A stretch of DNA of 32,000 nucleotides from Magnetococcales bacterium. Lineage in GTDB: Bacteria; Pseudomonadota; Magnetococcia; Magnetococcales; Magnetaquicoccaceae. The number at the start of each line of letters is the position of its first letter. Within the stretch, counting starts at the first letter, position 1. The position numbers and the translations under genes were made by a program. A model generated the notes under the pieces. That model was not told where the DNA came from. It saw only the letters and a list, made by a program, of their open reading frames with translations, and ran no database searches. The stretch lies in NCBI GenBank assembly GCA_015233035.1, contig JADFYM010000004.1:5839-37838 (forward strand). Direction: 5' to 3'. Shown here in pieces: positions 18,517-30,652 of this stretch.

Positions 18517-18882
18517 CTAAAATTCCAACCCGCCCTCGCGAGCCGAATCCGCCAAAGCCTTAACCCTTCCGTGAAACAGGCAACCGCCCCGATCAAAAAC
18601 GACTTGCCGGATATTGGCCTGTAGTGCCCGCTCCGCAATGGACCGACCCACCACCATGGCCGCCTCCCTGTTCCCGCCATTTTTTATCTGGCTACGAATC
18701 CCCTCTTCCAGGGTAGAGGCCGCCACCAGTGTCCGCCCCTGCGTATCATCAATGATCTGCGCATAAATATGGCTCACACTGCGAAACACCGATAATCTAA
18801 GGCGATCCCCACAGGTCCGTGCGATCTGATAACGAACCCGGTCCGCCCGGACCCGCCTGGCCGCATGCCGATTCTTTGCCAT
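18517..18882 (-). CDS. rplR: 50S ribosomal protein L18
   Basis: '[35 protein letters not shown]...[28 protein letters not shown]'. Confidence 0.97.
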   Translation of the reverse strand: MAKNRHAARRVRADRVRYQIARTCGDRLRLSVFRSVSHIYAQIIDDTQGRTLVAASTLEEGIRSQIKNGGNREAAMVVGRSIAERALQANIRQVVFDRGGCLFHGRVKALADSAREGGLEF

Positions 18883-18903
18883 CCAAAAATCCCCTTGATC
18901 AAG

Positions 18904-19440
18904 TTACTTCTTCTTGCCTTCTTTTCTCAGGACCGTTTCCCCAGCATTGCGGACACCCTTGCCCTTGTATGGCTCCGGTGGTCTGAACCGCCGAATATCC
19001 GCACAAGCCTGTCCGATCTTCTCCCGATCCATGCCAGAAAGGGTCACCAAAACATTCTTTTCCACCTGGGCCGTTACGCCAACCGGCAGCACATAATCAA
19101 TCGGATGCGAAAAGCCCAGATTGAGTTGCAAACCGACTTCACTGACCGCCGCCCGGTAGCCAACGCCCTGGATTTCCAATACCCTCGAAAAGCCCTTGGA
19201 AACACCCACCACCATATTATCCAACAAGGTCCGGGACAAACCCCACAGGGCCTTGGTCCCTTCCCGGCTTTGCATCGTCACCGTCAACCCGCCCTCCACC
19301 CGATCAATCCGCACACCGGGATGAAACGCGCGCGACAACGTACCCAGCTTGCCCGTCACGGTCACTGTTTGACTCTCTACGGTCACTTCCACCCCCTGGG
19401 GAACAGAAATGGACCTCTTTCCTATCCTGGACATGCTCAA
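18904..19440 (-). CDS. rplF: 50S ribosomal protein L6
   Basis: 'MSRIGKRSISVPQGVEVTVESQTVTVTGKLGTLSRAFH...EKIGQACADIRRFRPPEPYKGKGVRNAGETVLRKEGKKK'. The M at residue 3 (MSRIGK) is also a possible start. Confidence 0.98.
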   Translation of the reverse strand: MSMSRIGKRSISVPQGVEVTVESQTVTVTGKLGTLSRAFHPGVRIDRVEGGLTVTMQSREGTKALWGLSRTLLDNMVVGVSKGFSRVLEIQGVGYRAAVSEVGLQLNLGFSHPIDYVLPVGVTAQVEKNVLVTLSGMDREKIGQACADIRRFRPPEPYKGKGVRNAGETVLRKEGKKK

Positions 19441-19454
19441 TGAATCCTTAGAAC

Positions 19455-19847
19455 TCAGAAGACGGTGCAGATCAACTCGCCACCAACGCCCATCTTGCGG
19501 GCCCGACGGTTCGACAGCAACCCCTTGCTGGTGGAAAGAATGGATATACCCAACCCCTGATACACCCGAGGAATTTCATCCCAGCCCACATATACCCGCC
19601 GGCCAGGGCGAGACCGCCGCTTGATCTCCTCGATCACCGCCCGGCCCGCATGATATTTCAGTGCCACCCGAAAATAGCTCTGCGCAGACTCCACGGCCAG
19701 CATCTCAATGCCCGACACATACCCCTCCTCCACCAAAATCTCACCAATCCGCAGCTTGATCTTGGAGGTCGGTACATCCACAAAATCCTTCCGAACAGCT
19801 TGCGCGTTGCGGATACGGGTCAGCATATCACTGATCGGGTCGGTCAT
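19455..19847 (-). CDS. rpsH: 30S ribosomal protein S8
   Basis: '[44 protein letters not shown]...[33 protein letters not shown]'. Start trimmed from 19916 to ATG at 19847. Confidence 0.97.
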   Translation of the reverse strand: MTDPISDMLTRIRNAQAVRKDFVDVPTSKIKLRIGEILVEEGYVSGIEMLAVESAQSYFRVALKYHAGRAVIEEIKRRSRPGRRVYVGWDEIPRVYQGLGISILSTSKGLLSNRRARKMGVGGELICTVF

Positions 19848-19994
19848 TCCCATGTCAAAAAGGCTCCCATGCTCAATCTGCCAGCGACACCACAACCGGC
19901 GACACCACAAACGCACCCATACGGTACGCCAACTTAGTCCTGTGTACCAACAGAGGCAACCCCAACGCCCCCATCGCTGCTGCCCGGCAGACCC

Positions 19995-20180
19995 CTACCA
20001 GGAAGCCTTGACAATGCCCGGTATTTCGCCGCGCAAAGCCAATGTCCGCATACAAATTCGGCACAGATGAAAATCCCGCAGATACCCTCTGGGACGCGAA
20101 CACCGGGCACACCGATGGTACGCCCGAACCTGAAACTTGGGCTTGCGCTTACACTTGGCTATCAGCGATTTCTTGGCCAT
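19995..20180 (-). CDS. rpsN: 30S ribosomal protein S14, short four-Cys (type Z) form
   Basis: 61 aa: '[61 protein letters not shown]' with CxxC...CxxC. Confidence 0.97.
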   Translation of the reverse strand: MAKKSLIAKCKRKPKFQVRAYHRCARCSRPRGYLRDFHLCRICMRTLALRGEIPGIVKASW

Positions 20181-20206
20181 GTCGGAGACAATTCCCTACC
20201 ATCAAA

Positions 20207-20746
20207 TCAGTTCATAAAAGGAACACGGAAACCCCGCAACAATGCCTTGGCCTCCCGATCGGTCTTGGCACTGGTAACGATCACAATATCCATCCCCCGC
20301 ACCGCATCCACCTTGTCATAGTCAATCTCGGGAAAAATAATCTGCTCCTTCAACCCCAAAGCATAATTTCCCCGTCCGTCAAAAGACTTTCCCGAAACAC
20401 CCCGAAAGTCACGCACACGTGGCAAAGCCACGTTGATCAAACGGTCCAAAAATTCATACATGCGGTCACGGCGCAAGGTCACACTACAGCCGACCGGCAT
20501 CCCCTTGCGCACCTTGAACCCCGCAATCGATTTTTTCGCCCGGGTAACGACCGCCTTCTGCCCCGCAATGGCGGTCATATCCTGCACCGCACCATTCATG
20601 GCATTCTTGTCGGCCACCGCCTCGCCAACGCCCATGTTGACGACAACCTTTACCACTCTCGGCACCTGCATGCAGTTCGTATAACCGAACTCCTCCTTGA
20701 GCTTGGCAACGATCTCCTGCTCATAAATTCCCTTCAACCTGGCCAT
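20207..20746 (-). CDS. rplE: 50S ribosomal protein L5
   Basis: '[43 protein letters not shown]...[26 protein letters not shown]'. Confidence 0.98.
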   Translation of the reverse strand: MARLKGIYEQEIVAKLKEEFGYTNCMQVPRVVKVVVNMGVGEAVADKNAMNGAVQDMTAIAGQKAVVTRAKKSIAGFKVRKGMPVGCSVTLRRDRMYEFLDRLINVALPRVRDFRGVSGKSFDGRGNYALGLKEQIIFPEIDYDKVDAVRGMDIVIVTSAKTDREAKALLRGFRVPFMN

Positions 20747-20788
20747 ATCAAAATCCTTGGAGCAAACATTCCCAAACCGCTCGACCGA

Positions 20789-21127
20789 CTACCGATCAAC
20801 GACTTCCCCGGAGCCACACATAACCCGAACCTTGCGTCCGTCCCCCAAAAACTTTTTGCCCAGCCGGACCCCCTTGCCACTCGTGACGTCCAAAAACATC
20901 ACGTTGGAAATGTCAATCGGGGCTTCCTTCTCCACAATCCCCCCCTCCTGGCCTTTCTGCGGCTTGGTGTGCCGCTTGACCATATTGACCCGTTCCACGA
21001 GCACCGATCCCTCTTTCAGAAGAACCTGCAGGATACGACCCCGCTTGCCTCTATCCTTCCCGGCGATGACAACCACTTGGTCGCCCTTCTTCAGGTTGGT
21101 CTTGATCTTATCCTTCATCGTCGTCAC
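20789..21127 (-). CDS. rplX: 50S ribosomal protein L24
   Basis: '[49 protein letters not shown]'. Confidence 0.97.
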   Translation of the reverse strand: MTTMKDKIKTNLKKGDQVVVIAGKDRGKRGRILQVLLKEGSVLVERVNMVKRHTKPQKGQEGGIVEKEAPIDISNVMFLDVTSGKGVRLGKKFLGDGRKVRVMCGSGEVVDR

Positions 21128-21496
21128 CTAAAGCACTTCCGGAGCCAGGGAGATGATCTTCATATAATTTCTGGCACGCAACTCCCGGGTAACCGGGCCA
21201 AAAATGCGCGTCCCAATCGGTTCCCCCGCTTTGTTGATCAAAACCGCCGCATTGCTGTCAAAACGAATATAGCTGCCATCGTCACGGGTTGTCTCCTTGC
21301 GGGTACGTACCACCACCGCCCGAGCCACCTCCCCTTTCTTGACCTTGCCACGCGGAATGGCCACCTTGACCGACACGGTAATCACATCACCCACCCGGGC
21401 ATACCGACGCTTGGAACCACCCAATACCTTGATGCACTGGACCTTCTTCGCCCCAGAATTGTCCGCCACATCCAGAACAGTCTCAACCTGAATCAT
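21128..21496 (-). CDS. rplN: 50S ribosomal protein L14
   Basis: '[48 protein letters not shown]'. Confidence 0.99.
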   Translation of the reverse strand: MIQVETVLDVADNSGAKKVQCIKVLGGSKRRYARVGDVITVSVKVAIPRGKVKKGEVARAVVVRTRKETTRDDGSYIRFDSNAAVLINKAGEPIGTRIFGPVTRELRARNYMKIISLAPEVL

Positions 21497-21732
21497 GCAA
21501 CATCCTCCCCGACCACCGTCCAGTGCTTATCTTTGCTGATCGGCGGACATTCACGAATCCTGACCAGATCCCCTGTCCGATGTTGGTTCTCCGCATCGTG
21601 CGCCTTATATTTCTTGGAACGCCGCAAGATCTTACCGTACAGCTCATGTTGAACCTTGCGCTCAACCTTCACCACGACGGTCTTATCCATCTTGTCACTG
21701 ACGACGACCCCTTGCAGAATCCGTTGCGCCAT
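21493..21732 (-). CDS. rpsQ: 30S ribosomal protein S17
   Basis: '[74 protein letters not shown]'. 4-bp overlap with rplN. Confidence 0.98.
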   Translation of the reverse strand: MAQRILQGVVVSDKMDKTVVVKVERKVQHELYGKILRRSKKYKAHDAENQHRTGDLVRIRECPPISKDKHWTVVGEDVA

Positions 21733-21734
21733 CT

Positions 21735-21938
21735 CTACGCCCCCAACCCTTGGTCCGACCGTGACCCGGCAACGGTCCGAATACGCGCAATCTCCCGGCG
21801 TACTTGCCGAATGCGCGCCGTATTATCCAATTGCGCCGTCGCATTACGAAAACGCAAATTAAATGACTCCTGATACAACTCCTGCAACCGCGCAGACACA
21901 CCGTCCGCTGAAAGCTTTCTGATCTCGGCGATTTTCAT
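21735..21938 (-). CDS. rpmC: 50S ribosomal protein L29
   Basis: '[56 protein letters not shown]'. Confidence 0.96.
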   Translation of the reverse strand: MKIAEIRKLSADGVSARLQELYQESFNLRFRNATAQLDNTARIRQVRREIARIRTVAGSRSDQGLGA

Positions 21939-21948
21939 GACTCAATAC

Positions 21949-22368
21949 TCACGCCCCCCGTCCCTGGTCAACAAACTTGGTGGGAATAGGCAACTTGGCA
22001 CTGGCCAAACGCATGGCCTCCCGCGCCAACGCCTCAGAGACACCTTCCATCTCATAGAGAATGCGCCCCGCCTTTACCCGGGCAATCCAAAACTCGGGAT
22101 TCCCCTTCCCCTTCCCCTGGCGCACCTCAGCCGGCTTGGAAGAGACCGGTACATTGGGAAACATGCGTATCCAGATGCGCCCGCCACGCTTGATATGGCG
22201 CGTCATCGCTCGCCGGGCCGCCTCAATTTGCCGAGCCGTCAAACGCCCCGCACGCATGGCCTTCAAACCGAACTGGCCGTAGCTCAACTCAGCCGCACTA
22301 TGGGCCAAACCGTGGATCCGCCCCTTATGGGCCTTGCGAAACTTGGTCTTCTTGGGTTGCAGCAACAT
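21949..22368 (-). CDS. rplP: 50S ribosomal protein L16
   Basis: '[71 protein letters not shown]'. Confidence 0.98.
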   Translation of the reverse strand: MLLQPKKTKFRKAHKGRIHGLAHSAAELSYGQFGLKAMRAGRLTARQIEAARRAMTRHIKRGGRIWIRMFPNVPVSSKPAEVRQGKGKGNPEFWIARVKAGRILYEMEGVSEALAREAMRLASAKLPIPTKFVDQGRGA

Positions 22369-22411
22369 TTCGAACCAACCTTATATTTTTCGATGGATCG
22401 GCACGGCAAAC

Positions 22412-23056
22412 TCACGCCCGCTTCTCGTCCTTCTCGTTAACTTCCCCCTTGAACACCCAGACCTTGACCCCAATCAAACCGTAGGTGGTCAAGGCGTCGG
22501 AAAATCCATACTCAATATCCGCTCGCAAGGTGTGCAGGGGAACCCGCCCCTCCCGATACCATTCGGTCCGGGCAATCTCTCCACCGCCCAACCGCCCCGC
22601 ACAGTTGATGCGAATACCCTGCACCCCCAACCGCATGGCAGATGTCACGGCCCGTTTCATGGCGCGCCGAAAGGCTACCCGACGAACCAATTGTTGCGCC
22701 ACATTCTCCGCAATCAATTGTGCCTCGGCCTCCGGCTTCCGCACCTCCACAATATTGATCTGAACCTCAGTACTGGCCACCTTGGCCAAATCCTGCTTCA
22801 GCTTTTCAATATCCGCCCCTTTCTTACCAATGATAATCCCAGGACGGGCCGAGTGAATATTGATGCGCGCCTTCTTGGCCGGTCGCTCAATCACCACCCG
22901 GGAAACACTCGCATGTTCGAGACGCTTCATGATCCACTTCCTGAGCATGACATCCTCAAGGAGAAGTGACGCAAACGCCTTATCGGCATACCATCTGGTA
23001 TCCCAGGTCTTGGAAATACCCAGACGAAATCCGGTTGGATGTACCTTGTGCCCCAT
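22412..23056 (-). CDS. rpsC: 30S ribosomal protein S3
   Basis: '[26 protein letters not shown]...[28 protein letters not shown]'. Confidence 0.99.
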   Translation of the reverse strand: MGHKVHPTGFRLGISKTWDTRWYADKAFASLLLEDVMLRKWIMKRLEHASVSRVVIERPAKKARINIHSARPGIIIGKKGADIEKLKQDLAKVASTEVQINIVEVRKPEAEAQLIAENVAQQLVRRVAFRRAMKRAVTSAMRLGVQGIRINCAGRLGGGEIARTEWYREGRVPLHTLRADIEYGFSDALTTYGLIGVKVWVFKGEVNEKDEKRA

Positions 23057-23114
23057 TGGCTACCACTCCATCCCTAACTTACCAAACCATTTGGCCGAGC
23101 CACCATGGCTGGGC

Positions 23115-23453
23115 TTATTCCTTGGACCGCACCGCAACCGTCACGTGAGAACCCCATTTGATGATCCGACTGGCACGACCCCGCGCCCGCGGACGAAACC
23201 GCTTCATGACGGTTCCCTTGTCCGCATACGCCTGCGAAACAAACAAGGTATCGACATCCAAGCTCAAATTGTTCTCCGCATTGGCCACCGCAGACTTGAG
23301 CGTCTCCCGCACCGCCTGGGCCATGCGCTTCTTTGAATACAGCAAAACATTCAAAGCCGCATCCACCTTCAGTCCGCGTATCTGGTCCAACAACAGCCGT
23401 ACCTTGCTGGGAGAACCTCTCATGTTTTGCAGCCTGGCAACCGCTTCTTCCAT
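23115..23453 (-). CDS. rplV: 50S ribosomal protein L22
   Basis: 'SPSKVRLLLDQIRGLKVDAALNVLLYSKKRMAQAVRETLKSAVANAENN...RFRPRARGRASRIIKWGSHVTVAV'. Confidence 0.97.
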   Translation of the reverse strand: MEEAVARLQNMRGSPSKVRLLLDQIRGLKVDAALNVLLYSKKRMAQAVRETLKSAVANAENNLSLDVDTLFVSQAYADKGTVMKRFRPRARGRASRIIKWGSHVTVAVRSKE

Positions 23454-23469
23454 CTTTAAAATACCTCAG

Positions 23470-23745
23470 CTACCGGGATGACTTCTTGTCACCACCATGA
23501 CCATGAAAAGTCCGTGTGGGAGAAAACTCCCCAAACTTATGCCCCACCATGTTTTCCGTCACCAAGACCGGAATAAACTTCTTACCGTTATGAACACCAA
23601 AGGTGAACCCAACAAAATCCGGTATGATGGTAGAACGCCGCGACCAAGTCTTGACCAACTCCTTGCGTCCCGCCGTCCTGAGCTTATCGACCCGCTTCAA
23701 CAAAAAATCATCAAAGAACGGGCCTTTCTTAATGGATCGCGCCAC
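23470..23745 (-). CDS. rpsS: 30S ribosomal protein S19
   Basis: '[22 protein letters not shown]...[53 protein letters not shown]'. Confidence 0.98.
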   Translation of the reverse strand: MARSIKKGPFFDDFLLKRVDKLRTAGRKELVKTWSRRSTIIPDFVGFTFGVHNGKKFIPVLVTENMVGHKFGEFSPTRTFHGHGGDKKSSR

Positions 23746-23775
23746 GATTCACCTCTTGCCTCCTAATGGTCACCC

Positions 23776-24597
23776 TCACCGCCGCCGCATGATCAACCGA
23801 CTGGACGGCTTATCCTTATCCCGGGTCTTCTTGCCCTTGGTCGGAACGCCCCATGGTGTCACAGGATGACGACCACCAGAAGTCCGTCCCTCGCCCCCCC
23901 CATGCGGATGATCCACCGGGTTCATCGCCACACCACGCACACTGGGCCGCCAGCCCATCCACCGTTTCCGCCCGGCCTTGCCAATCTTGACATTGCCATG
24001 ATCGGGATTCGACACCAAACCGATCGTCGCCATGCAATCCAGCAATACCAGACGCATCTCACCGGAGGGCAATTTGAGCTGCGCATACTTGCCTTCCTTG
24101 CCCATCAACTGGGTCTGACTGCCTGCCGAGCGCGCCATCTGCCCGCCCTTCTCCGGCTTCATCTCCACATTGTGAACAATCGTCCCGACCGGAATCATGC
24201 GCAACGGCAACGCATTGCCAGGCTTGATCTCCGCCGTCTTGCCCGCCACCAGCTCATCCCCTACAGCAACCCGTTGCGGTGCGAGGATATACCTCTTCTC
24301 CCCGTCTGCATAGTGCAAAAGCGCAATAAACGCCGTCCGGTTCGGATCATATTCAAGACGTGCCACCCGCGCCGGAATGTCAAACTTGTTCCGTCGGAAA
24401 TCCACCTCCCGATACAATCTCTTGTGACCCCCGCCCCGATGCCGGACAGTCATCCGACCATGGCAGTTGCGCCCGCCACTCTTGCTCAGACCGCTCACCA
24501 GCGACTCTTCAGGTCCTTCCTGAGAGAGCGTCCGATAATCGACCGATACCTGTGCCCGCTTGCCATTGGAAGTAGGCTTATATTTTTTCAGTGCCAT
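23776..24597 (-). CDS. rplB: 50S ribosomal protein L2
   Basis: '[30 protein letters not shown]...[39 protein letters not shown]'. Start ATG at 24597. Confidence 0.99.
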   Translation of the reverse strand: MALKKYKPTSNGKRAQVSVDYRTLSQEGPEESLVSGLSKSGGRNCHGRMTVRHRGGGHKRLYREVDFRRNKFDIPARVARLEYDPNRTAFIALLHYADGEKRYILAPQRVAVGDELVAGKTAEIKPGNALPLRMIPVGTIVHNVEMKPEKGGQMARSAGSQTQLMGKEGKYAQLKLPSGEMRLVLLDCMATIGLVSNPDHGNVKIGKAGRKRWMGWRPSVRGVAMNPVDHPHGGGEGRTSGGRHPVTPWGVPTKGKKTRDKDKPSSRLIMRRR

Positions 24598-24674
24598 GGA
24601 TACCACTCCGGCCTTCTACGCTGTGCTCTCGGCAGGTCCCAGCCAGACTTGCCCTCAAAGCCCGCTAAAGCTTC

Positions 24675-24974
24675 TCAAGATTTCTCAAAAAAGTCAATGC
24701 TCTGGCCCGCCTTCAGCCGTACAATGGCCTTCTTCCAGTCTTTCCGCTGCCCCGCCACCTTGCCAACCCGCTTTTGCTTGCCCTGCATGCTCACGGTTTG
24801 CACAGCCAATACATCCACTTTAAACATTTTCTCGACCGCCGCCTTGATCTGCCATTTGTTGGCAGTGGGAGCCACCTTGAAAATAACCTGGTTGCCCTGA
24901 CCCAGACAGAAGGTCGCCTTCTCCGTCACCCAGGGAGAGTGCAACACTTGAAACAGCCCACCCAAATCGCTCAT
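24675..24974 (-). CDS. rplW: 50S ribosomal protein L23
   Basis: 'LHSPWVTEKATFCLGQGNQVIFKVAPTANKWQIKAAVEKMFKVDVLAVQTVSMQGKQKRVG'. Synteny between rplD and rplB. Confidence 0.96.
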   Translation of the reverse strand: MSDLGGLFQVLHSPWVTEKATFCLGQGNQVIFKVAPTANKWQIKAAVEKMFKVDVLAVQTVSMQGKQKRVGKVAGQRKDWKKAIVRLKAGQSIDFFEKS

Positions 24975-25594
24975 GCCAGCCTCTCTTGTAACCGGTTCAA
25001 GGCCGCCTCGGTCAGCACCACCTTCTCGTGGGCCAGCAGATCATACACATTGACCCCTTCCACGCGCATGACATCAATCCCAGGCAGGTTGCGCACCGAC
25101 AATTCCACCGTGCTGTCCGCCTCGGGCAGCACCACCAACGCCGAACGCTCCACCCCCAACGCCGCCAAAATGGCCCGCGCCGCACTGGTCTTGACCTCAG
25201 ACAGATGGAACCCCTCCAACACAATCAACTCCCCCGCCTCCCACTTGGCGGACAAAGCCACCTGCAAAGCCAACCGACGGACCTTCTTGGGCAGTTTGTG
25301 CGCATAGCTGTGTGGAATCGGTCCAAACACAATACCACCCGTGCGAAACTGCGGCGCGCGCGCCGTCCCCTGCCGCGCATTACCCGTTCCCTTCTGGCGA
25401 TAGGGCTTCTTGCCACCACCAGAAACTTCCGAACGCCTCTTGGTGCAGGCATTCCCACCCCGACGACCAGCCAACTGATAGTTTACCGTCCGAGCCAGCA
25501 AATCCGCACGAATTTCACGTCCAAAGATCGCCTCTTGCAAGGGAACCCGGCGCAACTCCTGGTTGCCCGCATCTACTACAGGAATCTCAATCAT
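24971..25594 (-). CDS. rplD: 50S ribosomal protein L4
   Basis: '[73 protein letters not shown]'. 4-bp overlap with rplW. Confidence 0.98.
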   Translation of the reverse strand: MIEIPVVDAGNQELRRVPLQEAIFGREIRADLLARTVNYQLAGRRGGNACTKRRSEVSGGGKKPYRQKGTGNARQGTARAPQFRTGGIVFGPIPHSYAHKLPKKVRRLALQVALSAKWEAGELIVLEGFHLSEVKTSAARAILAALGVERSALVVLPEADSTVELSVRNLPGIDVMRVEGVNVYDLLAHEKVVLTEAALNRLQERLA

Positions 25595-25606
25595 TATTCC
25601 AGCACC

Positions 25607-26254
25607 TTAAGATGATTTGGCGATACCCTTGACCGCATCCCGGATCAACACAACCGATCCCTTCGATCCGGGAACACTGCCTTTGACGACCAGCAGATTG
25701 CGCTCCGCATCCATCACAGTCACCACAAGATTTTGTACCGTCACCTGAACATCGCCCATGTGACCCGCCATCTTCTTGTTCTTGAACACCCGACCCGGCG
25801 TCTGACACTGCCCGATGGAACCCGGAGAACGATGGGTCAGATGCGTACCATGGGTCGCCCGTCCACCGCGAAATCCCCAGCGTTTCATGACCCCTGCAAA
25901 ACCCTTGCCGATACCCTGTCCGGTCACATCGACCACCTGGTTCACCGGAAACAGCTCAACGGTCAGAGATTGGCCGACATCATACGGGGCACAATCATCG
26001 ACCCGAAACTCACGCAACACCCGCTTGGGCGTCACATTGGCCTTGGCATAAAACCCCTTGACCGGTTTTTTTCCGCGCGACGGCTTCATCTCTTCAAAGC
26101 CCAACTGAACCGCATTATAACCATGCGCATCCGTCGTCTTGAGACCCACCACCTGACACGGCCCAGCCTGCAGGACCGTCACGGGCCAACTCTTGCCATC
26201 CTCGGTAAAAATCCGGGTCATACCCAGCTTTCGGCCTATCAATCCCGCACGCAT
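25607..26254 (-). CDS. rplC: 50S ribosomal protein L3
   Basis: 'MRAGLIGRKLGMTRIFTEDGKSWPVTVLQAGPCQVVGLKT...RWGFRGGRATHGTHLTHRSPGSIGQCQTPGRVFKNKKMAGHMGD'. Confidence 0.99.
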   Translation of the reverse strand: MRAGLIGRKLGMTRIFTEDGKSWPVTVLQAGPCQVVGLKTTDAHGYNAVQLGFEEMKPSRGKKPVKGFYAKANVTPKRVLREFRVDDCAPYDVGQSLTVELFPVNQVVDVTGQGIGKGFAGVMKRWGFRGGRATHGTHLTHRSPGSIGQCQTPGRVFKNKKMAGHMGDVQVTVQNLVVTVMDAERNLLVVKGSVPGSKGSVVLIRDAVKGIAKSS

Positions 26255-26343
26255 CCCAGATCCTCTCTCTTTCGCAAAAACTCAACTTTCACCGCCAGCC
26301 CCTGCCGACCAGACAACGCCGGTCGAACCGATTCCGGTAAAAG

Positions 26344-26652
26344 TTACAGTTTAATCTCAACGTTAACGCCCGCAGCGAGATCCAGCTTCATCAGCGCATC
26401 CACCGTCTGAGGCGTGGGATTGATGATATCAATCACCCGCTTATGGGTCCGAATCTCAAACTGCTCACGGGACTTTTTGTCCACATGAGGAGACCTAAGA
26501 ACGGTCCACCGACTGATTTTGGTCGGCAAGGGGATCGGCCCCCGAATCTCAGCACCCGTCCGACGCGCGGTCTGTACAATCTCGCCCGTCGACTGATCCA
26601 AAATTCGATGATCAAATGCCCTCAACCGAATACGTATTTTCTGGTTTTCCAT
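26344..26652 (-). CDS. rpsJ: 30S ribosomal protein S10
   Basis: '[73 protein letters not shown]'. Confidence 0.99.
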   Translation of the reverse strand: MENQKIRIRLRAFDHRILDQSTGEIVQTARRTGAEIRGPIPLPTKISRWTVLRSPHVDKKSREQFEIRTHKRVIDIINPTPQTVDALMKLDLAAGVNVEIKL

Positions 26653-26727
26653 TCAGATTCGCCCCAGCGTCCTTCCGATCATGCTTCCGTCAGACTGCAT
26701 CCCGTGATAACCGTCGCGCAACAACCG

Positions 26728-27918
26728 TCACGCAATAATTTCCGCCACAACACCAGCCCCCACGGTACGCCCACCTTCGCGGATGGCAAACCGCAACCCC
26801 TTTTCCATGGCAATCGGGGCAATCAATTCTACCGTCATGGAGACATTGTCACCCGGCATTACCATCTCTGTCCCTTCTGCCAACGCCAACACACCGGTCA
26901 CATCAGTCGTCCGAAAATAAAACTGGGGCCGATAGTTGCTGAAGAATGGCGTATGCCGCCCGCCCTCTTCCTTCGTCAAAATATAGCATTCCGCCTTGAA
27001 CTTGGTATGCGGCGTGATCGAGTTCGGCTTGGCCAACACCTGGCCCCGCTGCACATCCTCCCGCTTGATACCCCGCAACAACACCCCGACATTGTCCCCC
27101 GCCTGACCCTGGTCCAGCAGCTTGCGGAACATTTCCACGCCAGTGCAGGTGGAATTGATGGTCGGACGAATGCCCACCACCGAAACCTGCTCACCCACCT
27201 TGACCACGCCCCGCTCCACCCGGCCCGTCACCACGGTACCCCGACCGGAGATGGTAAACACATCCTCAATCGGCATCAGGAAGGCCCCATCCAACGCCCG
27301 CTCCGGTTGCGGAATATAACGATCCACCGCTTCCATCAGCTTGAGGATGGCTCCCCGACCCATGTCGCCTTTGTCCCCTTCCAGCGTCTTCAAGGCGGAA
27401 CCGATCACGATCGGCACATCATCGCCCGGAAAATCATACTGGGAGAGCAGTTCGCGGACTTCCAGTTCCACCAACTCCAGCAGTTCGGGATCGTCCACCA
27501 TGTCCGCCTTGTTCAGGAAGACCACCAACGCCGGGACACCCACCTGCCGCGCCAGCAGGATATGCTCCCGCGTCTGGGGCATCGGACCGTCGGCGGCGGA
27601 GACCACCAGAATCGCCCCATCCATCTGGGCCGCACCGGTGATCATGTTCTTGATATAGTCGGCATGACCGGGACAGTCCACATGCGCATAATGACGCTTT
27701 TCTGTCTGATATTCAACGTGCGCCGTCGAAATTGTGATCCCACGGGCCTTTTCTTCCGGGGCCGAATCGATCTGGTCATAGGCCGTATAAATGGCCCCAC
27801 CCGTCTCGGCCAGGATCTTGGTGATCGCAGCCGTCAGACTCGTCTTGCCATGGTCCACGTGACCAATGGTACCGATATTTACGTGCGGCTTGGTACGTTC
27901 AAACTTCGCCTTGGCCAT
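26728..27918 (-). CDS. tuf: Elongation factor Tu
   Basis: '[34 protein letters not shown]...[51 protein letters not shown]'. Confidence 0.99.
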   Translation of the reverse strand: MAKAKFERTKPHVNIGTIGHVDHGKTSLTAAITKILAETGGAIYTAYDQIDSAPEEKARGITISTAHVEYQTEKRHYAHVDCPGHADYIKNMITGAAQMDGAILVVSAADGPMPQTREHILLARQVGVPALVVFLNKADMVDDPELLELVELEVRELLSQYDFPGDDVPIVIGSALKTLEGDKGDMGRGAILKLMEAVDRYIPQPERALDGAFLMPIEDVFTISGRGTVVTGRVERGVVKVGEQVSVVGIRPTINSTCTGVEMFRKLLDQGQAGDNVGVLLRGIKREDVQRGQVLAKPNSITPHTKFKAECYILTKEEGGRHTPFFSNYRPQFYFRTTDVTGVLALAEGTEMVMPGDNVSMTVELIAPIAMEKGLRFAIREGGRTVGAGVVAEIIA

Positions 27919-27929
27919 CTCTTTTTCCC

Positions 27930-30008
27930 CTAGCCCTTCGCTTTAGCCACAATTTCCTCGGCAATCGAACCGGGAACTTGCTCATAGTGGTCAAACTGCA
28001 TCGTGAACGTGGCCCGTCCCTGGGACATGGAACGCACATCCGTCGAATAACCAAACATGTTCGCCAACGGGACCATGGCCTTGACCAGTTGATTGCCCCC
28101 CACGGAATCCATCCCGTGAATGGCACCCCGGCGCGAGTTCAGATCACCAATGACATCGCCCATATATTCTTCAGGAACCTCTACTTCAACCACCATGATC
28201 GGTTCCAACAGCACTGGACCCGCCCGCTTGCAACCATCCTTGAACCCCATGGAAGCCGCCACCTTGAAGGCCATTTCCGATGAGTCCACCTCATGGTAAG
28301 AGCCCTCAAACAGGGTCACTTGTATATCCACCACCGGATACCCGGCCTTGACACCACTGTTCAGGGCCTCTTCGATACCCTTGCCCACCGCCGGGATATA
28401 CTCCCTGGGGACAACCCCGCCCTTGATCGCATCGACAAACTTGAAGCCAAACCCCGGCTCCATCGGTTCAATCTTCAACCAGACGTGGCCAAACTGCCCC
28501 CGACCACCGGACTGCCGGACAAACTTGCCTTCCGAATCCACGCTCTTGGTGATGGTCTCCCGATAGGCCACCTGGGGCTTGCCCACATTGGCCTCCACCT
28601 TGAACTCGCGCAGCATCCGATCCACCAAAATTTCCAGATGCAACTCACCCATGCCGGAGATGATCGTCTGGTTGGTCTCATGATCCACCGCCACCCGGAA
28701 CGAGGGATCCTCCTGGGCCAAACGACCCAACGCCACCCCCATCTTCTCCTGGTCCGCTTTGGTCTTCGGCTCAATCGCAATGGAGATGACTGGCACCGGA
28801 AAGGTCATTTTCTCCAGAATGACCGGCTTGTCGGGATCACACAGCGTATCCCCCGTCGTCGTATATTTTAAACCAACCGCCGCCGCAATGTCACCCGCCC
28901 GAACTTCCTTGACATCTTCCCGCTTGTTGGCATGCATCAACATCAAACGACCGATCCGCTCTTTCTTCTCCCGGCTGGAGTTCAGCACATAAGAGCCAGA
29001 CTCCAACACCCCGGAGTAGACCCGGAAAAAGGTCAAACTGCCCACAAAAGGATCGGTCATAATCTTGAAGGCCAGGGCCGAAAAAGGCTCGGCATCATCT
29101 GGCCGGCGACTCACCTTCAAATCTTTGTTGAGGGCATCTCCTTCCACGGGAGGAATGTCACTCGGGGCCGGAAAAAAATCCACCACCGCATCCAGCAAAG
29201 GCTGCACGCCCTTGTTTTTGAACGCCGACCCGCAAATCACCGGGACAAAAGAGCTGGTCAAAACCCCCTTGCGAATGCAGTCGCGAAACTCCGCCGTGGT
29301 AATCTTGCCCCCTTCCAGATAACGCTCCATCAGGGTGTCATCCTGCTCCAGGGCCGTCTCCAGCAACTGCTCCCGGTACTCCTCCACTGCATCCACCATC
29401 TCTTCCGGGACGGGGGCCTCCTTGAAGGTGGCTCCCAGCGTATCCTCGTCAAAGATATAGGCCACCCGCGAGACCAGATCCACCATCCCCCGGAAATTTT
29501 CCTCCGCCCCAACCGGCAGTTGCAGGGGAACCGCACGCGCACTCAAGCGGTCCTTCATCATCCGCACTACCCGCAAAAAATCTGCCCCCATGCGATCCAT
29601 CTTGTTGACGAACGCCACACGGGGCACCCCATAACGATCCGCCTGCCGCCAAACCGTCTCCGACTGGGGCTGCACACCACCCACCGAACAAAAAACCGCG
29701 ACCGCACCGTCCAACACCCGCAAGGACCGCTCCACCTCAATGGTAAAGTCCACGTGCCCGGGAGTGTCAATGATATTGATGCGATGATTCTTCCAGAAAC
29801 AGGTGGTCGCCGCAGAAGTGATCGTGATGCCACGCTCCTGCTCCTGCTCCATCCAGTCCATGGTCGCCGTACCCTCATGCACCTCGCCCAGCTTGTGGGA
29901 GCGACCGGTATAATAGAGAATACGCTCCGTTACCGTCGTCTTACCCGCATCAATATGGGCCATGATGCCAATGTTACGGACACGCCCCAGTGGTATTTCC
30001 CTTGCCAC
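27930..30008 (-). CDS. fusA: Elongation factor G
   Basis: '[72 protein letters not shown]'. Confidence 0.99.
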   Translation of the reverse strand: MAREIPLGRVRNIGIMAHIDAGKTTVTERILYYTGRSHKLGEVHEGTATMDWMEQEQERGITITSAATTCFWKNHRINIIDTPGHVDFTIEVERSLRVLDGAVAVFCSVGGVQPQSETVWRQADRYGVPRVAFVNKMDRMGADFLRVVRMMKDRLSARAVPLQLPVGAEENFRGMVDLVSRVAYIFDEDTLGATFKEAPVPEEMVDAVEEYREQLLETALEQDDTLMERYLEGGKITTAEFRDCIRKGVLTSSFVPVICGSAFKNKGVQPLLDAVVDFFPAPSDIPPVEGDALNKDLKVSRRPDDAEPFSALAFKIMTDPFVGSLTFFRVYSGVLESGSYVLNSSREKKERIGRLMLMHANKREDVKEVRAGDIAAAVGLKYTTTGDTLCDPDKPVILEKMTFPVPVISIAIEPKTKADQEKMGVALGRLAQEDPSFRVAVDHETNQTIISGMGELHLEILVDRMLREFKVEANVGKPQVAYRETITKSVDSEGKFVRQSGGRGQFGHVWLKIEPMEPGFGFKFVDAIKGGVVPREYIPAVGKGIEEALNSGVKAGYPVVDIQVTLFEGSYHEVDSSEMAFKVAASMGFKDGCKRAGPVLLEPIMVVEVEVPEEYMGDVIGDLNSRRGAIHGMDSVGGNQLVKAMVPLANMFGYSTDVRSMSQGRATFTMQFDHYEQVPGSIAEEIVAKAKG

Positions 30009-30105
30009 TCTGTTCCCCTGTGTACGAGACCAGTCTCAAACAACAACCGATCCCCATCTTAAGTCTGAAAATAACCCGGTATCCACCGCAACAGGCCGCC
30101 AAACA

Positions 30106-30576
30106 CTACCAACGATAGTGGGCAAACACCTTGTTGGCCTCGGCCATGCGATGGGTCTCATCCCGCTTTTTCACCGTCGCCCCACGTCCGGCTGCGGCTT
30201 CCATCAATTCACCCGCCAGCTTTTCCCGCATGGTCTTCTCGGCCCGCTTGCGCGCATAACCCACCAGCCAGCGCACTGCCAAGGCCTGCCGACGACTGGG
30301 TCGCACCTCCACCGGAACCTGGTAGGTCGCCCCACCCACCCGACGGGCACGGACCTCCACCATTGGCCGCGTATTCTCTACCGCATCCTTGAAAATCTGT
30401 ACCGGATCCTGCTTGGTCCGATCGGCCACAATCTGCAGAGCACCATAAAACACCCGCTCCGCCAAGGCCTTCTTTCCGTCCCGCATAATGCAGTTCATAA
30501 ACTTGCTGACCAACGGATCGCCATAAGCGGGATCACCGATCACTTCCCGCTTGGGCACATCGCGGCGTCTGGACAT
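30106..30576 (-). CDS. rpsG: 30S ribosomal protein S7
   Basis: '[47 protein letters not shown]...[32 protein letters not shown]'. Start trimmed to ATG at 30576. Confidence 0.98.
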   Translation of the reverse strand: MSRRRDVPKREVIGDPAYGDPLVSKFMNCIMRDGKKALAERVFYGALQIVADRTKQDPVQIFKDAVENTRPMVEVRARRVGGATYQVPVEVRPSRRQALAVRWLVGYARKRAEKTMREKLAGELMEAAAGRGATVKKRDETHRMAEANKVFAHYRW

Positions 30577-30652
30577 GACAACAACTCCTTCAACTTTCAA
30601 ACCGGATCGACAAGTTCAACACACAAACAGACCAGGCAAAAGAAACCACCGC

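Noticed and set aside
20042-21652. 536-aa plus-strand ORF antisense to ribosomal genes (similar cases: 14342-15940, 23866-24900, 26443-27933, 28932-30062)
   Set aside because: They cross several well-identified ribosomal or elongation-factor genes on the opposite strand and show the same low-information composition. They are shadow ORFs.
26255-26343. 89-bp gap between rpsJ and rplC as an autoregulatory leader
   Set aside because: Only short imperfect complementary segments are visible; I cannot support a specific structure by eye.
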